Translations under genes and position numbers: made by a program
Shown: piece by piece, positions 26,449 through 37,520 of the stretch
How the letters are laid out: each line of letters opens with the position of its first letter
How positions within the stretch are numbered: position 1 is the first letter of the stretch
Notes under the pieces: model-generated
Told to the model about the DNA's origin: nothing
Databases searched by the model: none
Seen by the model: only the letters and a program-made list of their open reading frames with translations
Assembly (NCBI GenBank): GCA_010909165.1
Contig: MU008159.1
Coordinates: forward strand, 2,108,001-2,172,000
DNA: 64,000 nucleotides
Source: Anthoceros angustus
Lineage: Eukaryota > Plantae > Anthocerotophyta
Direction of reading: 5' to 3'

Positions 26449-26831
26449 TTCAGTGCCCAAACTCCTCGAATCATTCCACAATATTAATTTCGTCTTCAGG
26501 GACGGGGACGGGGACGGGGACGGGGACTCCTCTGGCTCTGGCTCCTCGCTCCCTCGCTCCCTCGCTCCACTCCGCAGCAGCACGTCAAAGGAGTAAGGCC
26601 ATCGGGCCAACACTCTGAATATAATAATACGATGTTATCGATTTGGGTTTGGATTTGATTTGATTTGAGTTGAGTTGAGTTCGTACGGGTCTGGGTAATG
26701 GGTTTGGGTCTGAGATTCCGATTTCAGCTACGCCGCCCACCCATTTTTTATACGATTAGTACCACTTTTTGCCCAAGCTACATTCTTGAAACTCTGTTAT
26801 TTGCCGTGGTCTAGGATAAGATAAAAATATA

Positions 26832-27361
26832 CAGTCCACCCCCCCTAATTGGGACTGGTTCGGAGTGCCTTTAGAGGTCCCATTAAGGGAGGTGTCCCGA
26901 TTATATTTTCTCTATTTAAAAATAATAAAAATATTATAAAATCTAAAAAATCAAAAAATATCCAAAAACAAAGAAAATTTTAAATTTTGATTGATAGGTT
27001 TCACTAAAATAACTTTTACCACTTTTCTATATAGTTGTTTGAAAGCTAGCGCTTTCTCTAAGCAACATAAAAAACCTATACCTATCATAAAGGAAAAAGC
27101 TTAGCTTAAGAGTCTTCAATCACACCTAAAAGTCTATTGTGCTCAAATAATCGATTCTTTTTCTTTCTTTTTAATTTTTAGTAAAAAAATAGAAATCCCA
27201 TTTAGGAGGTGAAACTAACATGAATGTATGTTTCAAAAGATCCCAATTATCATTTAGGGAAAATCCCATTTATTACATTGTAAACTAAAGGGAGTAGGAT
27301 GGGAGGTCCCATTTAGAGAGGAATCCCATTTATAGAGTTCCCAATTAGGGGGGGCCGACTG
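26832..27361. mobile_element. MITE, Tc1/mariner-pogo type, 530 bp
   Basis: Left end CAGTCCACCCCCCCTAATTGGGA. The right end reverse-complemented is CAGTCGGCCCCCCCTAATTGGGA. TA flanks both ends (26830-31 and 27362-63), and the interior is AT-rich and non-coding. Confidence 0.85.
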
Positions 27362-28369
27362 TAGATAGGATAATTCCCTCTATCCACCATAGACAATACC
27401 ATAGGTCCCATCTATGTACGGATTTGCTCAAGTATGGCTTGGCTTTTAGAAGTGAGGGTTTTCCCATCCAATCTTCCTTCGATGGCACTTGTTGATTTGC
27501 TCAAGCTCTTTGACTGCCCATTTGAAGTGAAAGTCTTCCCGAGTTTTCCCTCCTCCGGTCTCCCACTCAACTTGCTCATTTGGTCGAAGCTATGATATGC
27601 CAATAGAAGTAATCTCCCCGCTCGACTAAAATCAACAACAAAGGTGAAAGAAATTGAAAATAGCATTTGAGACTTGGAGAGCCCAAATCCTTAGAAACAC
27701 AGGACTGACATTTCACAGGTGTGAAATGTACATAGCTAACACATTTTAAGAAGTTATTGTTACAGTAGCCATAATCTGAGATGTGCAGTCCGAGGAATAC
27801 GGTATAGAAAAGGTGGAAAATTATGTGACAAGGGCCCGTTGGACCCCTCGAGAGCGATTCCCGATCTTGTGGTGCGTGCAGGAAGGCGCCTGGACGCCTG
27901 GCCTGTCCCTGCTACCTGGTAACCTGACAGCCGCGGCTGCCAACCGTGCTTCGTCGACGATCAGAGTTTGTAGTTTATAGACGTCTGACTTGTCCCCTCG
28001 CCGCACGCTCATGAGACAACATGGCCTGGAGGCTCCCAGCTCCGACGAATGATTTGACCCCTTCATTCCCTTTCTCGGAGACCCCACCTGTTACATACAT
28101 GTACATCCAGCCACTCCCGGTACACATGCGGTACAAGCTGCGCTGCAAGCGTTGCATTCCAAGACCCCACTTCCAGGAGTGTGAGGACACAGCGTCCGGG
28201 TGGAACAATCTACAAAAGCGTGCGTCTAAGTTCCAGCTCTTCCCTGTGGCTTCCCGGGGGCCATTGTTTTCCTTCCGTCTCGTCCAGTTTAAGTTACCAG
28301 GCGATGTACATATGTAGGTAGGTCTTCGTCGGGAACAAAAAGGGAAGCAAACTTAAGGTCCGGAATTAA

Positions 28370-28441
28370 AGGCCCCACCGAGATTCGAACTCGGGCTCTT
28401 GGATTCAAAGTCCAATGTCGTAACCACTAGACTATGGGGCC
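28370..28441 (-). tRNA. tRNA-Gln (anticodon TTG)
   Basis: 72-nt GGCCCCATAGTCTAGTGGTTACGACATTGGACTTTGAATCCAAGAGCCCGAGTTCGAATCTCGGTGGGGCCT, with a 7-bp acceptor stem, TTGGA/TCCAA anticodon stem and TTCGAAT T-loop. Confidence 0.95.
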
Positions 28442-28497
28442 GGGCTCGAACATATCAAGTTCTATTTTTTAATTTCTATCTGTTATACAAGACAGTA

Positions 28498-28555
28498 GAA
28501 GAAGAAGAAGAAGAATTTTATTTAAGTCCACTAGACGGATTTCGTCATGGGACTG
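28498..28555 (-). repeat. Short dispersed element with stem-loop, A-rich motif and (TTC)n tail (retroposon 3' end), copy B
   Basis: (GAA)6 followed by TTTTATTTAAGTCCACTAGACGGATTTCGTCATGGGAC. Near-identical to 45883-45945. Confidence 0.65.
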
Positions 28556-29676
28556 ATTTGTCATACATACAAAGAAAGTATATTGAAAAATTAACCGCTA
28601 TTCTGAATCTGGCCTGAGAACTAGTGACGTGAACCATTATGTAAGTCGAGTAACGCTAAGGGGAAAGAAGCTGGAGTGCAGATTTTAACAGCCCCCCTTT
28701 GTTATAAACTTCAGCTTGACCATTCCTAACAAATTCAGCATAGAGATACTTCCAAAGGCTTTCACCTTCAATAGCTTCACTGTATAGTCCCCTTAGCGAT
28801 GGTGAGCTTTGGCGACCTTAGGGGTCTCCTCTAGTCGGTCCCATCTCAACGACCCATCTCTAGTAGGTACTCAAACTTGTAGTCTCGTTAGCAACTGCAA
28901 CGGGCAACTTCAGGTTTGCTTGTTTCTTGCATCGGGCAGGTACGCGGATTGAGACACAGCCCCTCATTGACGCGATCCACACTGCCCACGCTCTTTCTGC
29001 CGATTCCTGGCTCCGGGCTGCTGGTGTGCTGGTGTGCTGGGCACCTCATCCAATGCACCCTTGTTGGAAACCGGAATAATCAATGTCATGTAGGATAGCT
29101 TGGTTACGAAGAGAGTGACGACATCACAGACTTCCCAAGTGCCCACTCCCTTTCACCACCATGGAGGCTACAAATGTCTGCTCTGCAGACTCCCTTCCAC
29201 CACCATGGAAACTACGAAAGTCTGCTCTGCCCACCATGTAGACTACGAGTCTCCGACCTGCAACGTACGGTACGACGAATGTATTGACGCCAGTAAAGAG
29301 TGGCAGGGCAAGTGGAGAACTGTGGAGCTTATATGTGATGTATCTGGATGGGGGGTGTTCTTGGTCACCAGTCACCAGGACTCCGGGCTCCGGAGGGCCC
29401 ATTGTAAGGACGGTGCGAGGCCATGTGGGCAGTCAAAACAGGCCGCACTGCACACTCTCTCTGATTGCCACGAGTTGGCATGAATTGCGGGCAAGCGGCG
29501 ACCGGAAGCACTCGCGCAGAGCCAACGGGAGGAGCATTACCAGGAGGAAGCGGAGGCCGGGTGTGCTGAGGAGAGAAGCGCTCCAGATCGATGTCTGCCA
29601 GAAAGCGCTGCTTCAACACTGAGTCGCCAGGATCCTCAGTTCCAGATCCCTCCAGGGGCTTGCAGAAGCCGGGGAG

Positions 29677-32103
29677 ATGCGCGCCTCCGCAAGCTGGATG
29701 CAAGTGACAGGCATCTTCACCTTCCTGCTTGCATTGCAGGCTGCGCCACCGGGGGCGCTGGCTGTTTCCTGCCCCGGTTGCGGGGAGCTGGTGGTGCCGT
29801 ATCCGCTCAGCACAGGGGCGGGGTGCGGGCAGCCGCAGTACGGGCTCCTGTGCCTCAACGGCAGCCTCGTCTTCCCGGCCAAGTCCGGGAACTACAGCGT
29901 GCTCAGCGTCCACGGGCCGTCCCGGACCCTGGTGCTGGAGTCGCCCCGCATCTTGGGGCCGGGCTGTTCGTCCCCGGATCTGCTCCGGGGTGGCCTCACC
30001 ATTGACGCCGCCGCCCCCTTCGTGCTTTCTGCTTCCAACACCATCTTCCTGCTCAACTGCACGGAACAGATATTTCTGTCCCCGCTCAACTGCTCCTCCG
30101 CCAGCCTGTGCCATTCGTATCTGTCTCAGGTGAGGTATGGTACCGGTGATGGCATCCGTTCGATGCTCGATTTGCAGCAGCACCAGATCTGATGTGGGCT
30201 GGAGTGGTGAGTCTGGGGCCAACGCTGCAGTGGGCTGTGACAGGGCCCGGGCCCGTCCCTGTCGGAAGGTTGCTCCACGGACCTCATCTGCTGCACCTTC
30301 GAGTCCGGGGGTCCGACTACCTCCAACGGCATCCCCTTCCAAGAAGGAGTCTGTTCTGCCTACGTGAGCGTCGTCGACCTCAACAGCACCCAGAGCCCCG
30401 CCTCCTGGGAGTATGGCATTCAGCTCACCTGGAGCCCCGCGCCGTTGCCTCCCTGCACCTTGGGGACGCCTGGCCAGTGCGGCCAGCACTCGCAGTGCGT
30501 GAGCGTCGGGAGCAACTCCAGCAGGGGGGCTGCCTCCTCTGCTGTCTGCCAGTGTGATTCAGGATTTGTCTGGACTGATGGTGCATGCGTTCCCGGTGAG
30601 CTCACATCACTTGCAACTCTGCGATGGCGCAACAGTTTGGAAATCCGCATTGCCCATGCCTGCTAACCATGTGCGTGGCTGCTGCCTCTGGTTTTGCTCC
30701 TGCCAGGCTGCACAAATGGATCCTGCTCCACACGCAAGCGGCATCTCGCTCTTTCCATTGCAGGTAAGCTCATTGAGCAACATGCTATGATTCTCTGGCA
30801 AATGCCGGGCGTTGAGCCTACCTGCCTAACCGTATGTGTTGCCAGCAGCAGTGTCGCTGGCAGCCGTGCTGTTCCTGGCAGTGGGCGGAGTGGTGTCCAC
30901 CCTCGCGTGCCGGCGGCGGCGGTTTGCCAAGCAGGTGGAGTCGGCCAGGATAAAGGAGCTGTCGGACCTGCTCAGCCAGGGCAGCATCGGGAGGGCGGCC
31001 AAGCTGTACACGGCCAAGGAGATGAAGCGGGCCACCAACGGGTTCGCGCCGGACTGCGTGCTGGGGGTGGGCGGCTTCGGGGAGGTATACAAGGGCCGCC
31101 TGGACGACGGCACTCTGGTGGCCGTGAAGACGGCCAAGATCGGCAACATACGAGGCGAGGAGCAGGTGGTGAACGAGGTGCGCATTCTGTCGCAGGTCAA
31201 TCATCGGAACCTGGTCCGGCTGCTGGGCTGCTGCGTGGAGATGGCGCAGCCGCTGCTGGTGTACGAGTTCGTGCCCAACGGCGCGCTGGTGGACCACCTC
31301 AGGCCCAACAAGGCGAGTGCCCATGGTGGGCAGGTTCGGGACGCCATCGTCCTCCCCTGGGGCGCCCGTCTGCGCATCGCGCTGCAGACAGCAGAGGCCC
31401 TGGCTTACCTCCACTCGGCGGCCTCCACGCCCATCTACCATCGAGACGTTAAGTCTTCCAACATTCTGCTCGACCGGGACCGCAACGCCAAGGTCTCCGA
31501 TTTCGGCATCTCCCGCCTCGCATCCCTCGACCTCACCCACGTCTCCACCTGCGCGCAAGGAACCCTCGGGTGTGTGTTAATCTCATGCTTGCGTTTGTGG
31601 GTACCATGGGCGTGATGATGTGCTGTTTCAACAAGCTTGACATAACAGTGGGTGCCTTCTGCCTGTTGTGTAGGTATCTGGATCCCGAGTACTACAGGAA
31701 CTACCAGCTCACGGACAAGAGCGATGTCTACTCCTTCGGTGTGGTGCTCCTGGAGCTGGTGAGCTCTCAGCAGGTCATCGACTTTTCCAGGGACCAGGAT
31801 GATGTGAACCTGGCCATGTACGCTCTCCGCCAGAATGAGGCCGGGAAGCTCATGGACTTTGTCGACCCCAAGCTGCGAGACGCCGCCTCTCCTACTAGGG
31901 ACGACACAATTTTGGCAGTGACGCTGCTGGCTCTGCGCTGCCTGCAACAGTCGCGGCTGGACAGGCCTTCCATGAAGGAGGTTGTGGAGGAGCTGCAGCA
32001 TCTGGAGGATGTGGAGTTGTGTGGGCACCCGCTCCCCTGGGGGCCTCTGCCGTCCCGACTCACCACCACCTTCCCCGACTCACCCTACGATTCCGATCCC
32101 TGA
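29677..32103 (+). CDS. Wall-associated receptor kinase-like protein (WAKL15/20-type), 5 exons
   Basis: Signal peptide, GUB-WAK-like CPGCG..PYPLST..GCG, EGF-like CQCDSGF, TM helix, and kinase motifs LGVGGFGEVYKG, VAVK, HRDVKSSNILL, DFG, GT.GYLDPEY and DVYSFGV. Exons ~29677-30129, 30244-30595, 30707-30762, 30846-31570 and 31674-32103. Confidence 0.92.
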
Positions 32104-32971
32104 CAAACCTCTCCACCTCCGGTTTACTGCGCCTCGTGTGCAAAATGGCACCGCAGTGGCTGAAGGATGTACAAACTGTGAAGCACATTCGCTCTCGCAT
32201 TTAACCTAGACATTCATCCTTCTAGATGCCCTCTCTCGTGACTCCGCCTTGCAACGCTCTCGGACGGTCTTCTAGTACAGATAAGCCTGGGCTAGGGTTT
32301 GGATTGTCCTGCCCTGCAGAAGGTCGATGTAATGTTCTCGCGAGTGGGGAACGAGTACCAGCGCGGATGACGAACAGATGCCGCATCAGAGGCCACTTGA
32401 GCCTGTTGTACAAAAATTCCATTGTCCAACGTGCCACGAAGGGTTGGAGCAAACCTCTCACATCCTTGGTGGGCGCAGCCGAGGCATCCACATCGAGCAG
32501 GCCAGGTGAATGTTTACATGCCTTGTGTTTGTTGAGCAACTGTAGAGGCAGTGTTTGGTTGGCTTACCGAGGATCATTTGCAGGGCAGGCTTTATGGCGA
32601 AAGTCCGATCCTACGAAGTGGTGGTGGGAGCACAGGTTCACCAAGGTAGTATATTTTTCTCTAAGGCATCTGGAACGGAGTTGGGCGGGACATTGAATCC
32701 TTGCAACGTTGCAGATCGACCGGAATATTTCGGACAACACAACAGAGGAAGGCTTGTCGCAGGCGGCGTGGGTTGATGGCGGATTGGGGGTGCCCGGGTC
32801 TCTTGGTCCATGGAAAGCATCAAATCAGCTTGAGTTCGACAGTGGAGCGGATTTGAAGAGTCAGAGGTTCAAGCTTCTGACCCCGCCCATTTCCCACACT
32901 GTATATTCAACCCAGCAGATTGGGTTGTGCTTGTGCAAGGGTCTTGTTTCACCAGTCCTTGACTCTGCAGA

Positions 32972-35425
32972 GTGGCAAGGCGTAAGATTGCGGCGGAAGA
33001 GATTGAGAACTGGAGCAGATTGTGTGATAGACAGCTCAATGAGGCCGTGGATGTGCTGGACCGCTTGGTGCTGGGAGGTTCTCCTGTCCCTGACATTGTA
33101 TACTATCATGCCATCAAGGGATGCATTATAAACAGAGATCTGGTGGCTGGCAGGCGTGTTCATGCTCTTACTCATGAGAGTGGTAACGAGTCAAAGACAT
33201 ACGTGGCCAACAATGTCATACGGATGTATGCGTCTCTTGGAAGGTTGGGGGAAGCCATGCAGGTGTTCACCAAGTTGGCAGAACCAGACACCTTTTCATG
33301 GTTTTTCATTATTTTGGCCCACACTGACCATGGAAAGCCTGAAGAAGCTATAAAACTTTATCACGAGATGCGGCGCTCGACTGTTAAGCCAGACAACCAT
33401 ACTTTTGTGGCAGTCCTTAAGGCATGCTCCAGTCTTGCAGATTTGACATCCGGCACGCAGGTCCATGCTGATCTTTTGGGGAGTGTGGTGAAGCCGGATG
33501 TGTTTGTTGGCAATAGCTTGGTCGACATGTACGCCAAATGTGGCAAAGTGGAAGATGCTCGTGAAGTCTTTGACAAGATGCCGACAAAGAATGTGGTGAC
33601 TTGGAATGCGTTGCTTGGAGGCTATGTACAGCAGGGACTTGCTCAAGAAGCCCTTGCCCTTTATGCTTGTATGCAGGAGCAGGACATAACATCAGCCAAT
33701 CACCTCACGTTTGTGTGTTTGTTGAAAGCTTGTGCTAGCATTGGAGCCCTTCGAGAAGGGAAAGAGCTCCATGTTCAGATCCAGAAAGAGGGATTTGAAG
33801 CTGATGTTATGGTGGGCAGCAGCCTGGTGGACATGTATGCAAAATGTGGGAGCTTAAGTTGTGCCCGACAGGTGTTTGATATGCTGCCTACGAGAAATGT
33901 GGTGACCTGGACTGCCATGATTGCAGGATACGCCCAGCATGGGTTAAGTCAGGAAGCCATAGCCCTTTATGCAGAAATGCAGCAGGAGGGCCTCGCTGCA
34001 GGCAATCTTGCCACATTTGTTTCCCTGCTGAAGGCGTTCACAAACATTAGAGCTTTGCAACAGGGCAAGGATCTCCATCTGCAAATACAGAAAAGAGGGC
34101 TGGAGGGCAATATGGTTATCGGGAGTTGCCTGGTAGACATGTATGCAAGATGTGGTAGCCTAGATGATGCCCGCAGGTTGTTTGACAGATTGCCCTCAAG
34201 AGACATAGTGACATGGAATTCTATGATCTCTGGGTATGCAGAGCAGGGACTTGGCCAAGAAGCTCTTGATCTTTATCAAAGCATGCAACAGGAGTGCACG
34301 AGTACACCCAGTCAAGTGACGTACGTCTGCCTGCTCAAAGCATGTGCCAGTGTTGGAGCTCTAAACCTGGGTAAGCACATCCATTCAAAAATTCAACAAA
34401 GTTCAATTGAAACTGACCTGGTTGTCGGCAACTGCCTGGTGGACATGTACGGAAAATGTGGAAGCTTGGAGGATGCTCGCAAAGTGTTTGACAGATTGCC
34501 TAAAAAGGACGTGATCACATGGACTGCTCTTCTGAATGCTTATGGGCAACATAATGAAGGCTTAAGGGCCATGCAGTGCTTCAGAGAGATGCAGCAATCG
34601 GGGCTCATACCCAATGATGCCACTTTCACTTGTCTTCTCTGTGCATGCAGTCATGAAGGCCTGGTAATTGAGGGTCGGCGTTATTTCAAAATGATGGTTG
34701 AAGACTATGGCATTGCACCCACTGTTGACCAGTACAATTGCATGGTCGATCTTCTTGGGCGGTCAGGCTACCTTGATGATGCAGAGAATATGTTGCAGAC
34801 CATGCCATTGAAGACCGACGTTGTGGGGTGGAGATCTTTGCTAAATGCGTGTAAAATGTATGTTGATGTGGAGCGGGCAGAGCGGTGCTTCAAACATCTT
34901 GTGAAATTGGAACCCAAAGCAGCAGCATCTTACGTGCTCCTAGCAAACATCTACGCAAATGCTGGTAGGTGGAGGGATGCAGAGCGCGTCGAAAGCCTGC
35001 GGAAGTCAGTAGGTGCTGGCAAGAAGCCTGCAAAGGCCTGGATTGAGGTAAACAACGAAGTCCATGGCTTCGTCGTCGGGCAGGAAAGGGACGACATTTC
35101 TTCGAAGTTAAGGAGTGTGAATGACAGGTTAAAGGATGAAGGCGGCCACGTCCCACAAACGGAGTTGGTGCTGAAGCCGTTGTCTGACAGAGAGAAAGAA
35201 GATGCCCTGTGCGGACACGCGGAGAAACTAGCATTGGCTTACGGCCTTCTGAACACCCCAGACGGCACACCTCTGCTTGTCACAAAAAATCTTCGCATGT
35301 GCGACGACTGCCACACGGGGACGAAGACCATGTCAAGGACTGAACAGCGAGAGATCATAGTTCGAGATGCACACCGTGTCCACCGTTTTGTGAACGGGTT
35401 TTGTTCATGTGGAGACCGGCATTGA
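32972..35425 (+). CDS. PLS-class PPR protein with E1-E2 and DYW:KP-type deaminase-like domain ending in DRH; 5' end uncertain
   Basis: 17 PLS motifs (L-S-(P-L-S)x4-P2-L2-S2), E1, E2, then KKPAKAWIEV, HAEKLA, NLRMCDDCH and FCSCGDRH*. The ORF starts at a GTG just after a CAG acceptor, so an upstream exon is likely. Confidence 0.93.
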   Translation: MARRKIAAEEIENWSRLCDRQLNEAVDVLDRLVLGGSPVPDIVYYHAIKGCIINRDLVAGRRVHALTHESGNESKTYVANNVIRMYASLGRLGEAMQVFTKLAEPDTFSWFFIILAHTDHGKPEEAIKLYHEMRRSTVKPDNHTFVAVLKACSSLADLTSGTQVHADLLGSVVKPDVFVGNSLVDMYAKCGKVEDAREVFDKMPTKNVVTWNALLGGYVQQGLAQEALALYACMQEQDITSANHLTFVCLLKACASIGALREGKELHVQIQKEGFEADVMVGSSLVDMYAKCGSLSCARQVFDMLPTRNVVTWTAMIAGYAQHGLSQEAIALYAEMQQEGLAAGNLATFVSLLKAFTNIRALQQGKDLHLQIQKRGLEGNMVIGSCLVDMYARCGSLDDARRLFDRLPSRDIVTWNSMISGYAEQGLGQEALDLYQSMQQECTSTPSQVTYVCLLKACASVGALNLGKHIHSKIQQSSIETDLVVGNCLVDMYGKCGSLEDARKVFDRLPKKDVITWTALLNAYGQHNEGLRAMQCFREMQQSGLIPNDATFTCLLCACSHEGLVIEGRRYFKMMVEDYGIAPTVDQYNCMVDLLGRSGYLDDAENMLQTMPLKTDVVGWRSLLNACKMYVDVERAERCFKHLVKLEPKAAASYVLLANIYANAGRWRDAERVESLRKSVGAGKKPAKAWIEVNNEVHGFVVGQERDDISSKLRSVNDRLKDEGGHVPQTELVLKPLSDREKEDALCGHAEKLALAYGLLNTPDGTPLLVTKNLRMCDDCHTGTKTMSRTEQREIIVRDAHRVHRFVNGFCSCGDRH

Positions 35426-35931
35426 TGAGTTGTGACTATTCCAACGTCCGTAGCGGTCGTGGCGGTATTGGTACGAATTTCACAGTTCAAAATGTACGAC
35501 AGAGTAGCGGTGAGAGAGAGAGAGAGTGTAATTGTGGTTGCCTGTTAGTGAAGTGAAGAGTATATTGGCTTATGTCCAAGATTTGTTTTCTTTTTTTGTG
35601 CAATTTTGCAGACGAGGGGTGTGAGGGAAATGTTGGCCATTGGTATGAATTGGAAAGTGACTATATCGTGCATTTCGCAATTACGAGGCTGGTGCCTTCA
35701 TTGACAATTAGAAGGATTGGGAGCAGTTGGTCTCAGTCGATTGTTTCAACAATGCTTGCTCCGGGTGCAGGTAGGGAAGAGACATCCAAGAGGAAAAGGA
35801 CATTTGCACAAAAAATTTCTTCGGAAGAAAACACAGTGGACTAGAAGCTATTTGTACACGGCATCACATTGCAGAGATTTAAACTAGCGCAGTGAGGAAG
35901 ACCGGCCAGTGCAGTCACGGGGACTAGTAGT

Positions 35932-36816
35932 CTAGGCACCAGGGGTGAAGTTGGTGGCGTATGCCCAGGCATTGTTCACAGTCGGGTCGGCCAAGTGGTC
36001 GGACAGGTTCTCAATGGGGCCCTTGCCGGTAACGATGGCCTGGACGTAGAAGCCGAACATGGAAAACATGGCGAGTCTGCCATTCTTGAGCTCCTTCACC
36101 TTAAGCTCGGCGAAGGTGTCGGGGTCGTCGGCCAGGCCGAGGGGGTCGAAGGAGCCGCCGGGGTACAGGGGGTCGGAGACATCGCCCAGGGGTCCTCCAG
36201 CGACGCGGTACGCCTCCACAGCTCCCATGAGAATCACCTGGGTGGCCCAGATGGCAAGGATGCTCTGCGCGTGCACCAAGCTCGGGTTGCCGAGGTAGTC
36301 CAGACCTCCGTCGGAAAAGATCTGGGATCCAGCCTTGAACCACACGCACTCTCCGAAGGGGACCCCGTTCTTGGCCAGCAGCTCGGGGGTCACGCACCCG
36401 AGTGTGCCGAGCATGGCCCAGCGGGCGTGGATCACCTCCAGTTCCCTATTCCTGGCGAAGGTCTCGGGGTCGGCCGACAGCCCGGCGGTGTCCCAGCCGT
36501 AGTCGCCGGGGAACTCTCCCTTCAGGTACGAGGGCGTTTCGCCCGAGAACGGGCCCAGCCAGAGTGGGCGGTCGGCGCCATACCTGCACCATGTCCCACT
36601 TCAGGCACCCAACACAGGCACCGCCCCGACTAGACAGACAGAATGCCGAATACAATGTACTACAACCCACCAGATGCTGGAGCTGCTGCTGCTCGACTTC
36701 CGCATCTGCAGCTTAGACTCGCTAGAGCCGGCGGCGCTGAGGATCTCGCTGCGCTGCCTGAAGACGCTCTGCCCGGCCAGGGCGGCGCTAGAGGCGCATG
36801 CTGTGGCGGCGGCCAT
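35932..36816 (-). CDS. Lhcb: Major light-harvesting chlorophyll a/b-binding protein of PSII (Lhcb1/2-type), 2 exons
   Basis: Transit peptide [16 protein letters not shown], then [39 protein letters not shown] and [14 protein letters not shown]. Intron at 36670-36584. Confidence 0.96.
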
Positions 36817-37520
36817 TGCTAGCTTCTGCAGAGCGGATCGAAGGTGTGGGGAAAAGGAAGAGCCGGCGACCAAGCTAGCGAGCAACAAGTGTAATTCCGA
36901 TACCCCGGCGTAGCCCGGGTGCCCGATTTTGTACTCTCCGGCGCGGTAAGCTTTCCGGGAAATCCGAGCTTTATCCATGTAGGATAGTAAAACGTTCACA
37001 ATCCTGCCAAGCCTGTGAGACGGCGTTCGTGGGATATGCTGTCAGGCGATGCAGCGCTGGTTGGTTCATGGCCAGGTCCGCATTGCATTCCTACCACAAG
37101 AAGAGATTCGTGACAAGTGGCCCGCTGCGCCAGCCAGTAGGCCGGCCTCTCAAAATCAAGCCTTCCAATCACAGCTTTCGCTCGGCCAGGGTAATTCCAC
37201 TCCACGCGAATCCCACGACGCAATGCATGCTCATGTATGCAGCCCACGAGCAAAACTTGTTGCGCCATGCGTTTGGTGCGTTACATCGCTGCAGCCTGCA
37301 GACACACGTTGTACAGACACACACGGTGTTCAAACACCCACGGCAATGTCTCGAGTATAGGCACATCGTGATCTAACCCGCGACAAATACCCTGTATGAT
37401 GCTGCATTTGAGAGTGCAGACAGGGACGCTCCTTTGGAAACGGCAACCAGGGAGGCCTATGGGGGTCTGCGATGTTATCCCGATTGGCCGTGTGAGTAAT
37501 AGGGAATCTTGGGTTTCTGA

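Noticed and set aside
28620-29400. Possible LTR-retrotransposon remnant: purine tract AAAGGGGGGC followed by TGTT on the minus strand at ~28690
   Set aside because: No second LTR, no PBS and no convincing pol motifs.
32220-32830. Short ORFs between WAKL and the PPR gene with vague retroelement C-terminal similarity
   Set aside because: The similarity is too weak to support a call.
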